64,000 bases of DNA, taken from assembly GCA_035636595.1 (NCBI GenBank), contig DASPYU010000016.1:193518-257517 (forward strand), in the 5' to 3' direction. Positions 28,603-37,464 of the stretch are shown here, piece by piece. Within the stretch, counting starts at the first letter, position 1; every line of letters starts with the position of its first letter. Origin of the DNA: Thermoplasmata archaeon. GTDB taxonomy: Archaea; Thermoplasmatota; Thermoplasmata; RBG-16-68-12. The translations under genes and the position numbers were made by a program. The notes beneath the pieces are model-generated. The model was not told the DNA's origin, made no database searches, and saw nothing but the letters and a program-made list of their open reading frames with translations.

Positions 28603-30441
28603 TCACTTCTTGTCGACGTCCTCGAAGTCCGCGTCCACGACGCCCGGATCCGAGGAGCCGCCCGAGTCGCCCGAACCCGGCGGCGGCGCGGCGGGCTCGC
28701 CGCCCTTCCCGTACATCTCCGCGCCGATCTTTTGAGCCTCCTGGTTCAAGGCGTCGAACGCGGCGCGCAACTTCGAGATGTCGTCCGTCTGCAGGACCTG
28801 CTTCAGCGCCTCGACCTTCTCCGTGACGGAGGTGCGGGTCGCCTCGGAGATGTTCGCGGCGTGATCCTTGAGGAGCGTCTCCGTCGCGTAGACGAGCTGG
28901 TCCGCGTGGTTCCGGAGCTCGACGAGCTCCCGTCGCCGGCGGTCTTCCTCGCCGTGGCTCTCCGCGTCGCGAATCGCCTGATCGATTTTCGTCTGGTCCA
29001 TCCGCTGCGGCGCCATGATCGTGAGCTTCTCGGTCTTGCCCGTGGCCATGTCCTTCGCGCTCACGTTCAGGATGCCGTTCGCGTCGATGTCGAACGTGAC
29101 TTCGATCTTCGGCACCCCACGCGGGGCCGGAGGCATGCCGGTCAGGTAGAACTTGCCGAGGCTGACGTTGTCCCCCGCCATCGAGCGCTCCCCCTGGAGG
29201 ACGTGCACCTCCACGCTGGACTGACTGTCCGCTGCCGTGGTGAAGATTTCGCTCTTGCGTGTCGGGATCGTGGCGTTGCGCTCGATGAGCTTCGTGAAGA
29301 CGCCCCCGAGCGTCTCGACGCCGAGGCTGAGCGGGGTCACGTCGAGGAGGAGGATGTCCTTCACCTCGCCGCTGAGGACCGCGCCCTGGATCGCCGCGCC
29401 GAGCGCGACGCACTGCATCGGGTCCACGCCGCGCTCCGCCGGCCGCCCGAGGATCTTCTCGAACCGCTCGCGCACGACGGGCATGCGGGTCGGGCCCCCG
29501 ACGAGGATCACATGGTGGACGTCGGAGTACTGCCAGCCGGCGTCCTTGAACGCCTGGCGGATCGGGCCTTCGAGGCGTCCGAGGACCGGCTCGACGAGCT
29601 GCTGGAGCTTCGCGCGGGTCAGCTTCTTCTCGAGGTGAAGCGGCCCGCCGTCCTTCTGCGCGATGAACGGCAGGTTGATCGTCGTCTCGGCGGTCGAGGA
29701 CAGCTCGATCTTCGCCTTCTCCCCCGCATCGCGGAGGCGCTGCATCGCTTGGCGGTCCCCGGAGAGGTCCACGCCGTGGTCCTGTCGGAACTCCGTGACG
29801 AGCCACTGGATGAGGTTGTTGTCCATGTCCATACCGCCGAGCGCGGTGTCGCCTGACGTCGACGCGACCTCGAACACGCCGTCCCCCGTCTCCATCAGCG
29901 TGACGTCGAACGTCCCGCCGCCGAGGTCGAGGACGCAGATCTTGCCCTCGCCTTTCTTGTCCAGTCCGTAGGCGAGCGCCGCCGCAGTGGGCTCGTTGAC
30001 AAGCCGCAAGACCTCGAGGCCCGCGATCTTGCCGGCGTCCTTCGTCGCCTGCCGCTGGTTGTCGTTGAAGTACGCTGGGACCGTGATGACGACCTGGGAG
30101 ATCTTCGACCCTAGGAACGCCTCCGCGTCCGTCTTGATCTTGCGGAGGATCATCGCGGAGATCTCGGGCGGCGAGTAGTCCTTCCCGTCGATCCGGACTT
30201 TGTAGTCCGTCCCCATCTTCCGCTTAATCTGGATGATCGTCTTCTCGGGGTTGAGCACGGCCTGTCGCTTCGCCGGTTCCCCGACGAGGACCCCGTCCTT
30301 CGTGAAGGCGACGACGGACGGGAACATCTTCCCGCCGTACGCGCTGCCTTCCGCGCTCGGGATGATTTTCGGCGTTCCCCCTTCCATGTACGCGGCCTCG
30401 GAGTTCGTGGTCCCGAGGTCGATTCCGATGATCTTAGCCAT
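28603..30441 (-). CDS. dnaK: molecular chaperone DnaK (Hsp70)
   Basis: [22 protein letters not shown], full-length Hsp70. Start ATG 30441. The track begins 3 codons earlier at 30450. Confidence 0.97.
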   Translation of the reverse strand: MAKIIGIDLGTTNSEAAYMEGGTPKIIPSAEGSAYGGKMFPSVVAFTKDGVLVGEPAKRQAVLNPEKTIIQIKRKMGTDYKVRIDGKDYSPPEISAMILRKIKTDAEAFLGSKISQVVITVPAYFNDNQRQATKDAGKIAGLEVLRLVNEPTAAALAYGLDKKGEGKICVLDLGGGTFDVTLMETGDGVFEVASTSGDTALGGMDMDNNLIQWLVTEFRQDHGVDLSGDRQAMQRLRDAGEKAKIELSSTAETTINLPFIAQKDGGPLHLEKKLTRAKLQQLVEPVLGRLEGPIRQAFKDAGWQYSDVHHVILVGGPTRMPVVRERFEKILGRPAERGVDPMQCVALGAAIQGAVLSGEVKDILLLDVTPLSLGVETLGGVFTKLIERNATIPTRKSEIFTTAADSQSSVEVHVLQGERSMAGDNVSLGKFYLTGMPPAPRGVPKIEVTFDIDANGILNVSAKDMATGKTEKLTIMAPQRMDQTKIDQAIRDAESHGEEDRRRRELVELRNHADQLVYATETLLKDHAANISEATRTSVTEKVEALKQVLQTDDISKLRAAFDALNQEAQKIGAEMYGKGGEPAAPPPGSGDSGGSSDPGVVDADFEDVDKK

Positions 30442-30958
30442 CCGATTCACCTCCGTTATCGACGACGACGACCTGCGCAGGCCGCAGGATCCGGTCGTGG
30501 TAGCGGTAGCCTTTTCGCACGACCTCTTTCACGACGCCTTCTTTTGAATCTTTGTCCGGGACCTGCTGGACCGCGTCCATCAGGTACGGATCGAACGGGA
30601 CCCCGATTGCGAGGATCTCCTGCAGCCCGGCTTCGTTCAACGCCTTCGCGAGGTTGTCCCGGACCATCCGAACGCCATCGGCCGCCTTCCCCCCGAGCGC
30701 CGCCACCGCCGCGTCCATCTCGTCGAGGACCGGAAGAAGGCGGGCCAGGAGCGCCTCGTGCGCGAATCTCAAGAGGGTCTGCCCGTCCCGATCCGCGCGC
30801 TTGCGGTAGTTCTCAAACTCCGCCTGGAGGTACTTGAGCCGCGTCAGGAGTTCCTCGTTCTGGTGACGGACCTCGGCCAATCCGTCCGCCGGCGGTTCGT
30901 CGGAGGCCGTGTTCTCCTGGCTCTCCATCGTGGGCGTCTTCTCCGCCATCCTACTCAC
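30434..30958 (-). CDS. grpE: nucleotide exchange factor GrpE
   Basis: 174 aa. [15 protein letters not shown] GrpE signature. Overlaps dnaK by 8 nt. Confidence 0.9.
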   Translation of the reverse strand: MSRMAEKTPTMESQENTASDEPPADGLAEVRHQNEELLTRLKYLQAEFENYRKRADRDGQTLLRFAHEALLARLLPVLDEMDAAVAALGGKAADGVRMVRDNLAKALNEAGLQEILAIGVPFDPYLMDAVQQVPDKDSKEGVVKEVVRKGYRYHDRILRPAQVVVVDNGGESDG

Positions 30959-31385
30959 CTTTCCGGACGCGCACCAGGTGCCCTCGCCGTCGCGGGAGCG
31001 TCACATCGAGCACGCCGTTCCGATAGGTCGCAGTGACCGCCTCCGGCTCGACGGGATGGGACAGCTCCACTTCCCGATGGAAGACGCGGCCGTCCGCGCC
31101 GAGCGCGTGGACCGTCAGCTGGGTGTGGGTCGTCGTGACCTCGATCGTTTCTCGGGACGCCCCGGGAAGTTCGAGGGTCACGTAGATCCGGGCCGGCGTC
31201 ACGACGACATCGGCGGTCCCCGGATGCACGCGGGATTCGTCCGCGACGGCGGACGGAGGCCCGAGGACCGGGACGCGAGTGGGTCCCACGGCCGGGAGGC
31301 TCCGGTGCCGGTCGAGCCGCCTCAGGAGGCGGTCGACGTCGGTCGGAGAGCGATCCTCCCCTTCGCCGGACGGATCCGAGACCAT
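30951..31385 (-). CDS. hsp20: small heat-shock protein (Hsp20/alpha-crystallin family)
   Basis: Alpha-crystallin domain (YVTLELPGASRETIEVT...ATYRNGVLDVTLPR). Overlaps grpE by 8 nt. Confidence 0.85.
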   Translation of the reverse strand: MVSDPSGEGEDRSPTDVDRLLRRLDRHRSLPAVGPTRVPVLGPPSAVADESRVHPGTADVVVTPARIYVTLELPGASRETIEVTTTHTQLTVHALGADGRVFHREVELSHPVEPEAVTATYRNGVLDVTLPRRRGHLVRVRKGE

Positions 31386-31417
31386 GGGGACCTCCGGGGC
31401 CCCCGGATTGGGGCCCC

Positions 31418-33070
31418 TCAGAAATCTTCGCCTTCGCCCCCGCCGTCGCCGCCTTCGCCGCCCTTGCCGGGGCCCTTGCCGCCGCCTTCGCCGGCCCTTG
31501 CCGCGATGACGTCGTCGATGCGGAGCACCATGACCGCCGCGTCCGTCGCCGAGGAGATCGCTTGGCTCCCGACCCGGATCGGCTCGATCACGTTCTCCTT
31601 CCTCATGTCGGAGACCTTGCCGCTGAAGACGTTGATTCCGGCATGCTTGTTGCCCTTCTTGTGCTCCTTCCGGAGCTCGATGAGGATGTCAATCGGGTCC
31701 AAGCCTGCGTTCTCCGCGAGGGTGCGAGGGATGACCTCGACCGCGTCTGCGAAGGCCTCGATGGCGATCTGCTCACGCCCGCCGACGCTCGAGGCGAAGT
31801 CCCGCAGTGTGAGGGCGATCTCTGTCGCGCTCGATCCACCGCCGGTGATGACCTTGCCGTCCTCGATCGCGACGGCCACGACGCTCGTCGCGTCCTCGAG
31901 GGACCGCTCGACCTCGTCCACGACGTGCTCGGTGCCTCCTCGGATCAGGATCGACATCGCCTTCGGATTCTTGCAGCCCGTGACGAAGGTCATCTCGTCC
32001 TCGCCGATCTTCTTCTCGTAGACCATCTTGGCGTAGCCGAGGTCGTCCTTCGAGAGCTCGTCGAGCTTCGTGACGACCTTGCCGCCAGTCGCCTTCGCGA
32101 GCTTCTCCATGTCCGACTTCTTGACTCGCCGTACCGCGTAGACTTCGGCCTTCGCGAGGTAGTGCTGTGCGAGGTCGTCGATGCCCTTCTGGCAGAAGAT
32201 GACCGTGGCACCGCTCTTCTTCACGGTGTCGACCATCCGCTTCAGCATCGACTCCTCTTCGTTCAGGAACGCCTGGAGCTGGGTCGGGTCCGTGATCTCG
32301 ATTTTCGCGTCGATCTCGGTCTTCTTGACCTCCAGGGCCGCGTCGACCAAGGCGATCTTCGCGTCCTTGACCTCGGACGGCATGCCGGGGTGCACGCGCT
32401 CCTTGTCGACGATGACGCCGTCGACGAGGGACGTGTCCGCAATCGAACCGCCCTGCTTCTTCACGACCTGGATGTTGTCGTCGTCCACGAAGTAGGAGTC
32501 GTCCGCGCGCTGCTCTGCGACGGTCGTGACGGCCTTCACAGAGATGTCCGCCAAGAGTTCCTTGTGGCCGCTGGACGACTTCGAGGACATCGCGGTCATC
32601 GCGACCTTCCTCAGGACGTCCGTGTCTTTGATCGAAATCTTCGTCGCAACCTTCTCGAGGACCTCGCGGGCCTTCTCCGCCGCCTGGCGGTACCCGGCGG
32701 CGATAACCGTCGGGTGGATGTTCTGCTCGATCAGATCTTCCGCCCTCTTGAGCAGTTCCCCCGCCAGGATGACGGCCGTCGTCGTGCCGTCGCCCGCTTC
32801 CTCGTCCTGGGTCTTCGCGACCTCGACGAGCATCTTCGCGGCGGGGTGCTCGATGTCGATCTCCTTGAGGATCGTCACGCCATCGTTCGTGATGACGACG
32901 TCCCCGAGGCTGTCGACGAGCATCTTGTCCATTCCCCGCGGGCCGAGCGTCGACCGCACGGCGTCCGCGACCGCTTTCGCGGCGGCGATGTTGTTGAATT
33001 GCGCTCCCTTGCCGCGATCGCGGCGCGTCCCTTCCTTCAAAACGAGTATCTGCGTTCCGGCTGGCATCAT
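31418..33070 (-). CDS. ths: thermosome subunit (group II chaperonin)
   Basis: From ATG 33070: [52 protein letters not shown]...[14 protein letters not shown]-terminal GGM-like tail. The track start 33208 adds 46 junk residues across the promoter. Confidence 0.95.
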   Translation of the reverse strand: MMPAGTQILVLKEGTRRDRGKGAQFNNIAAAKAVADAVRSTLGPRGMDKMLVDSLGDVVITNDGVTILKEIDIEHPAAKMLVEVAKTQDEEAGDGTTTAVILAGELLKRAEDLIEQNIHPTVIAAGYRQAAEKAREVLEKVATKISIKDTDVLRKVAMTAMSSKSSSGHKELLADISVKAVTTVAEQRADDSYFVDDDNIQVVKKQGGSIADTSLVDGVIVDKERVHPGMPSEVKDAKIALVDAALEVKKTEIDAKIEITDPTQLQAFLNEEESMLKRMVDTVKKSGATVIFCQKGIDDLAQHYLAKAEVYAVRRVKKSDMEKLAKATGGKVVTKLDELSKDDLGYAKMVYEKKIGEDEMTFVTGCKNPKAMSILIRGGTEHVVDEVERSLEDATSVVAVAIEDGKVITGGGSSATEIALTLRDFASSVGGREQIAIEAFADAVEVIPRTLAENAGLDPIDILIELRKEHKKGNKHAGINVFSGKVSDMRKENVIEPIRVGSQAISSATDAAVMVLRIDDVIAARAGEGGGKGPGKGGEGGDGGGEGEDF

Positions 33071-33120
33071 GTAAATCTCTCCGAATACGGAATTCGGGAC
33101 TCTGCCTATGTTGGGACTTC

Positions 33121-33127
33121 TATATAA
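33121..33127 (-). promoter_or_regulatory. TATA box (TTATATA on minus strand) of the thermosome / heat-shock operon promoter
   Basis: cgcttatatagaag on the minus strand, about 50 nt upstream of the thermosome ATG. AT-rich island within GC-rich DNA. Confidence 0.5.
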
Positions 33128-33492
33128 GCGTAGCGATGGATGGTTTGGTCCCATTGTCGGGGGATGCTTAAGAATACGCCCTGATGCGTCCCGTAGCGGG
33201 TGATGCAAATGGACTCCAAGAATCCGGAAGGGAATCGCCCTGCCGTTCCAGGACGGATGGGGCGACCTGATCCGGTGGGCGACCTACTGGAGCGCCCGAC
33301 GAGGGATGGCGTCCATGTAGGGTGCGTGCTACTGGTGGATTCATGCCTCCCGAGCCGACTGAAAGTGCCGAGGGATGCCTCTGACCATGGAACAGGAGGG
33401 TATGGACGCGCCGGTAACTTGTCCATACTACTTGTCGATGTATTCTCAGTACAGTAAACTGTAGACAAAAAGCCTTAATACGCACGCAGAGC

Positions 33493-33858
33493 TTGCTGAG
33501 AGCATGCGTACCTGAGACTCTGGAACAAACGGAAGAGGCCTTTTGTAGCTCTTGGCATCATCCGTCCAGAAACCCAGGACGAGAACACGTTAATATCGCG
33601 CCGGGCGTCCGGGTCGCCGTGCGGAAGGTGGTTTTCCCCAAGGACTTCAAGAGCAAGGTCCACCCAACCCAGATCAAACAGGCGTGCGAAAAGATACCTC
33701 CACGGAAGAAAACTCAGCACCTGAATCGCGATGTGGTGCTGACCATGGAGATGGGTGGTCCTTTTCTCTTTCTGACGTTCCAATACCATGAACATGAAGA
33801 CGAGGAAGTACTGTACGTAAAGAACGCGAAATGGACGAAATCTAAGGGTAAACGATGA
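33493..33858 (+). CDS. hypothetical small protein (TTG start), candidate toxin partner of the downstream Panacea-domain gene
   Basis: 121-aa ORF in lower-GC DNA. No in-frame ATG near its 5' end. Its stop overlaps the next ATG by 4 nt (ATGA). No recognisable domain. Confidence 0.25.
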   Translation: MLRACVPETLEQTEEAFCSSWHHPSRNPGREHVNIAPGVRVAVRKVVFPKDFKSKVHPTQIKQACEKIPPRKKTQHLNRDVVLTMEMGGPFLFLTFQYHEHEDEEVLYVKNAKWTKSKGKR

Positions 33859-34526
33859 CCGAAAACGGAGAGTGTGAGCACGAGGGGCAGTGGATTCCAA
33901 CCACCGCGGAGTTCGAGACCGTCCGCTGGAATGGCGAACCCCTCCTTTTGCACGACGTTCCAGCCAAGTCATGCCCGCTTTGCAATGAGACCATTGTCGA
34001 CGCGGATGATGTGATCCGGGCAGAGCAGAGATGGATAGCCGGAGAGCTGGGGCTTACTCCTCGGGAGGCAAACATCCTCCTGATGTTGTATGCCCAGGGG
34101 CCTCGATTCACCGAGACCGGTTATGTGGAGGAGAAGTACCGCTTCAACAAGATGCTCTTTTCCGTCTGGAAAGAACTCGAGAAGGAAGGGTTGGGGCAAT
34201 CTTTCCTCCACGACAGCTTCCGGGCGGAGAGCCGAGGGCCCGTTCCCGACAATCTGGAAACGGATTCGAAGTCTCTGGAAAGTAAGGGCCTTACCAAGGT
34301 GCGATGGGGAGGGAAGGCGGCCAAGACGTCATTCCGGTGGGATCTCACCACTGAAGGGTGGAATCGGTCGAAGCAGCTTTACAACTTGACACCTCAGGCG
34401 ATGCGTGACGCTGTGTCGAAAGCAAAGGAAGAACTCTTCCTGCTAGACTCCACCCAGATGATGCACAAGATCCACGAACTCTACCCCGAGTACAAGAAAG
34501 CTTACCGGGAAAAGGACGAAGAATGA
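33855..34526 (+). CDS. YgiT/MqsA-type zinc-ribbon plus Panacea (DUF4065) domain protein, putative type II antitoxin
   Basis: N-terminus GECEHEG...KSCPLCNETIVDADDVIRAEQ parallels the MqsA Zn-binding domain (CxxC/H ... CxxC). Central NILLMLYAQGP...FRAESRGPVPDNL matches the DUF4065/Panacea core (KLxKLLYxAQG ... FxAWxYGPV). Confidence 0.55.
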   Translation: MTENGECEHEGQWIPTTAEFETVRWNGEPLLLHDVPAKSCPLCNETIVDADDVIRAEQRWIAGELGLTPREANILLMLYAQGPRFTETGYVEEKYRFNKMLFSVWKELEKEGLGQSFLHDSFRAESRGPVPDNLETDSKSLESKGLTKVRWGGKAAKTSFRWDLTTEGWNRSKQLYNLTPQAMRDAVSKAKEELFLLDSTQMMHKIHELYPEYKKAYREKDEE

Positions 34527-34672
34527 GGCATCCCCTTCCACCGGAGCCCTCGGCACACATGCCGGGGGTTTCCTTTTTCGCCAGCCTTTTCCCAAGCCCT
34601 GGCCGCTTCGACGGCGAGAGTGGCACCTGAGGGAATTTCGCTGATACCCGAGACTTAAGGCGGCGGATTGTT

Positions 34673-34855
34673 ATGTCCGGGTCATTGGATACCCCACCCG
34701 CAACGCTGATCGGAGCCTTGATCGGGTTCGTCGGCGGACTCATCTATGGAGCCATGACCGGCCAGTGGATCACTGGCCTAATTGGCGGGACCATTATCGG
34801 AGCCATCGTCGGGGCTGTCGTTGACGCGATAGGCAAGCAGGTCGGAGGGGCCTGA
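34673..34855 (+). CDS. glycine-zipper micro-membrane protein (GlsB/YeaQ/YmgE-like)
   Basis: 60 aa. LIGALIGFVGGLIYGAMTGQWITGLIGGTIIGAIVGAVVDAIG with serial GxxxG/A motifs. ATG with AAGGCGG 8 nt upstream. Confidence 0.4.
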   Translation: MSGSLDTPPATLIGALIGFVGGLIYGAMTGQWITGLIGGTIIGAIVGAVVDAIGKQVGGA

Positions 34856-35125
34856 CCCCCCGACGGAAGGCCCTCACACGCCCGTCCGGGGCCAACAACG
34901 TCGCAACGGAACCCCACGTGGGCGTGCGCACAATCGCACACGGGGCGGCACTACGGCAGCCCAGTTTTCTTTCCGGATCGATCCTGACGACACGGGGCCC
35001 TTTATGAACCTCGACCCGAGGAGTTGACGAGACTCTCAGGCACTCTGACGCTCAAGCTCCTAGGCTCGAGAATCTTGTGCCTGGAAGGCCGCATGAGTGA
35101 TGGGCTCGGGACTGTAAGATGGAGG

Positions 35126-35530
35126 CTATTCATCCGGTGGCAACTCGATTTCCCATGTGCAGATCTCGACCAGAGTCTTCCTTATCCGGGTGTAGCTGGG
35201 TCCCGTGACGAGACTATGGGCCGGATTGGCCGTCTCCGGCGCATGCCGGACATTCAACTCACGGTCCCACATCTGGCCCGCGGTCGTCTTGACTACTCCA
35301 GCTCGTATCTCCGGTTTCGTCGAGCGTTCGAGAGTCCTCCGTGGCGTTGAGTATCTACTCCAGTCAAACGAGATGCCTTCGTCTATGTCACGCTCCTTCC
35401 CAAAGGCGCCAGGTTGAAGCTTGTGTTCGGGCCCCTTGGTGAAGTCGTCCGGCACCCATCTGAAGAAACAGTCCGCGGGATTCTTTATTTCCTGAGGCTG
35501 AGGAGGACCCTCTGCTAGCTCGTTAGCCAA
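35126..35530 (-). CDS. hypothetical protein (island ORF C) with HEPN-like Rx5H motif
   Basis: 134-aa ORF starting at TTG 16 nt before ORF B's stop. Same frame as ORF A. Contains RELNVRH and GISFDWSRYSTP. Confidence 0.3.
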   Translation of the reverse strand: MANELAEGPPQPQEIKNPADCFFRWVPDDFTKGPEHKLQPGAFGKERDIDEGISFDWSRYSTPRRTLERSTKPEIRAGVVKTTAGQMWDRELNVRHAPETANPAHSLVTGPSYTRIRKTLVEICTWEIELPPDE

Positions 35531-36069
35531 CTCACAAGACCTCGGTTCGGCTGGGTTGGATCGACGAGAGTACCATCGAATCTACCTCTGTCCTTACCGT
35601 CGCCTGCGAACTCCACTGGAAGTTTGGGGTCGGCCGGAATGTTGACAAGCAGGTTCAGATTTGGAAGATCCCAGAAAATGTCAATGCTCCCTTGCGGCCC
35701 CGGTCCGATCTCAGGCAGGGGCATGGGTTCGACGTTAAGACGTAGGTATTCCTGCCATTGGAGCCTCACGAACGCGATTGCCCTGTCCAGGGTGTCCTTG
35801 GAATAGCGAGGCGACCCCCGCCCGTCGAAGTTGTCCTTGAGGCCTAGGAGCCATTTGGCATCATCGATGATCCCGGCAAGCTTGTCGGACACAGCTGCGA
35901 ACTCGAGCTGCACCCCGTCCCGGTGCCGCTCCACGAGTTGTTCCAGCAGCGGCCGCGGCCTGACCGTATGCTGCGGCGGCCAAAGGTTGCGGGACTGAAA
36001 GTGCTGACGGTCCATGCAGGGCCACATCGGAATAGTCTTGCCATTAGAGTTCGAGAACGTTGATACCAC
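35515..36069 (-). CDS. hypothetical protein (island ORF B); possibly the out-of-frame middle segment of a disrupted larger gene
   Basis: 184-aa ORF that begins at GTG inside ORF A's last 26 nt. First ATG is 14 codons in. Its frame differs from A and C, which share a frame. Confidence 0.3.
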   Translation of the reverse strand: MVSTFSNSNGKTIPMWPCMDRQHFQSRNLWPPQHTVRPRPLLEQLVERHRDGVQLEFAAVSDKLAGIIDDAKWLLGLKDNFDGRGSPRYSKDTLDRAIAFVRLQWQEYLRLNVEPMPLPEIGPGPQGSIDIFWDLPNLNLLVNIPADPKLPVEFAGDGKDRGRFDGTLVDPTQPNRGLVSWLTS

Positions 36070-36724
36070 CTTCTCGCGCTGATGCCGTGAGACTTGCCTC
36101 CTTGTGAGTCGCCCTATCGAGCAACTTCTTCAGTTCCACGATGTCAGTACTGTCGAGAGCCACGAAGAAGTCCTTTGTCGTTTCCTCTCCATTCTCATGG
36201 AAGGTAATTTTCGCTTGATGCACGACGACAGCTGCCAACGGTCCCTTGTCCACATCTCTGCCAAATACTGGTCGTAGATCGGTCAGGATTCTCGCTGTGC
36301 AGAATACGTGATTCTGCTCGGACCGGACCTGGCTGGCTTTCGCGCTTACCCCAAGTGTGTCATCGAGTGAGAGGACTTGCGTAAGGTACGTCTTGAATTC
36401 GTTCCAGTTCACATCCTTCGTCGGCAGTTCGGGGTCTTTGGAGGCCTGAATTGTGTCGCATACATCCGCCGCAAACTTTTCCGTTGGATCCCCAGCGATA
36501 TCCATGGACTCATAGAGTCCAGCCAAAAGCCGGAATAGGCCATCCGCATCCGCTTTGGAAGCACCGGCCTTTTTTACCCACGCAGTAACGAAGCTGCGAC
36601 CGAGGAGGCTAGGCTTTGCTTCCTTCAGCACATCAAAGAGTTCCCTACGCTCCTTCTGAGAGAACCGAAGGAGCTGCGCGAGCACACGCTTCTGTTGTTC
36701 GGGAATTCCGAGACCGTCGGGCAT
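36044..36724 (-). CDS. hypothetical protein (island ORF A)
   Basis: About 226 aa from ATG 36724 (MPDGLGIPEQQKRVLAQLL...). Lower-GC codon usage. No recognisable domain. Its stop is overlapped by ORF B. Confidence 0.4.
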   Translation of the reverse strand: MPDGLGIPEQQKRVLAQLLRFSQKERRELFDVLKEAKPSLLGRSFVTAWVKKAGASKADADGLFRLLAGLYESMDIAGDPTEKFAADVCDTIQASKDPELPTKDVNWNEFKTYLTQVLSLDDTLGVSAKASQVRSEQNHVFCTARILTDLRPVFGRDVDKGPLAAVVVHQAKITFHENGEETTKDFFVALDSTDIVELKKLLDRATHKEASLTASAREGGINVLEL

Positions 36725-37017
36725 CGCGATCACGCCACGGCGGCTCTGATAGATTTGTTGTTCGCACGTACAAGAATGAATCTAGTGGTGACCAGAGAGC
36801 TGTCCCCTTCCCGGACGCAGGCGTCGTCCTTCCCCAGCAAGGACCCTTCCGAATCGACTATTGGATTTAAGGGTTTTGCCAAGGGGCGTCAAACCTTGCC
36901 GCTGGACGACCATGCACCTTAAGTTAACAAAACCCGCGCACCAGGTTTGACATTAGGAATCAGTCCTAAAGCGGCCACACCCGTCGCAATCCTTTGGTTT
37001 TGGAGTGGCAGATGGGC

Positions 37018-37464
37018 TCAGCTACCTGGAACGTACCATGACTGAACGTTCGTGAAACCCCACCGGACGAGCACGCTCTGCGCGACAGCGTAGCAACTTT
37101 CCGGCACGAGCAGCATGACCTTCGCTCCAGAGCTAACGTAGTCTCGTAACTGGCCGCGCGTGTGATCGTTGTCCAAATCCGCGCACGTCTTCACTTCGCC
37201 CATGACCCAAGCATTCCCCGGACCCAGCGCGGTGAGATCGGGAATCGATCCGCCGGCAGTTTGTCGTGGTTTGTTTGGAATCTCGGGCAAGGCGGCTGAG
37301 ATTTGAGTATATCCCCTTCCGCGTAGGGTTTCGACCCATCCGCGAAGCATACGGTCGTGTTGTTCCTGATCCGTCGAAAAAACCATGAGAAATCCGGCCT
37401 CGACTATCTCAGAGGGTCTGAGGCACATACTTAACTCTTTTCGGCGTTCGTTCCGATTGTTCAT
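37018..37464 (-). CDS. Hjc-type Holliday-junction-resolvase-like PD-(D/E)xK nuclease
   Basis: HDRMLRGWVETLRGRGY...IPDLTALGPGNAWVMGEVKTC...RGQLRDYVSSGAKVMLLVPE aligns with the Hjc pattern (ERELxKxLxxxGF...DLVA...IEVK...GRLIEF...VLAVKF). ATG 37464. Track start is TTG 37476. GC about 56%, versus about 67% for flanking genes. Confidence 0.45.
   Translation of the reverse strand: MNNRNERRKELSMCLRPSEIVEAGFLMVFSTDQEQHDRMLRGWVETLRGRGYTQISAALPEIPNKPRQTAGGSIPDLTALGPGNAWVMGEVKTCADLDNDHTRGQLRDYVSSGAKVMLLVPESCYAVAQSVLVRWGFTNVQSWYVPGS

Noticed and set aside
28732-29856. 374-aa plus-strand ORF, and a similar ORF at 31562..33127
   Set aside because: Antisense to DnaK and to the thermosome. Leu/Arg/Asp-rich with no domains.
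33190-33440. Possible RNase P or SRP RNA in the GC-rich non-coding stretch
   Set aside because: Only a vague resemblance to the P4/CR-I region (GAAAGTGCCGAGGG versus GAAAGUCCGGGC). Length and other conserved regions do not fit. Left as an unexplained structured-looking region, not called as an RNA gene.
33106-33485. Two minus-strand ORFs (120 and 105 aa) upstream of the thermosome
   Set aside because: They span the thermosome TATA box and 5' region, are Pro/Arg/Ser-rich, and have no start context. Treated as non-coding.
35024-35350. 108-aa plus-strand ORF in the islet
   Set aside because: Antisense to islet ORF C with poor composition. Not called.
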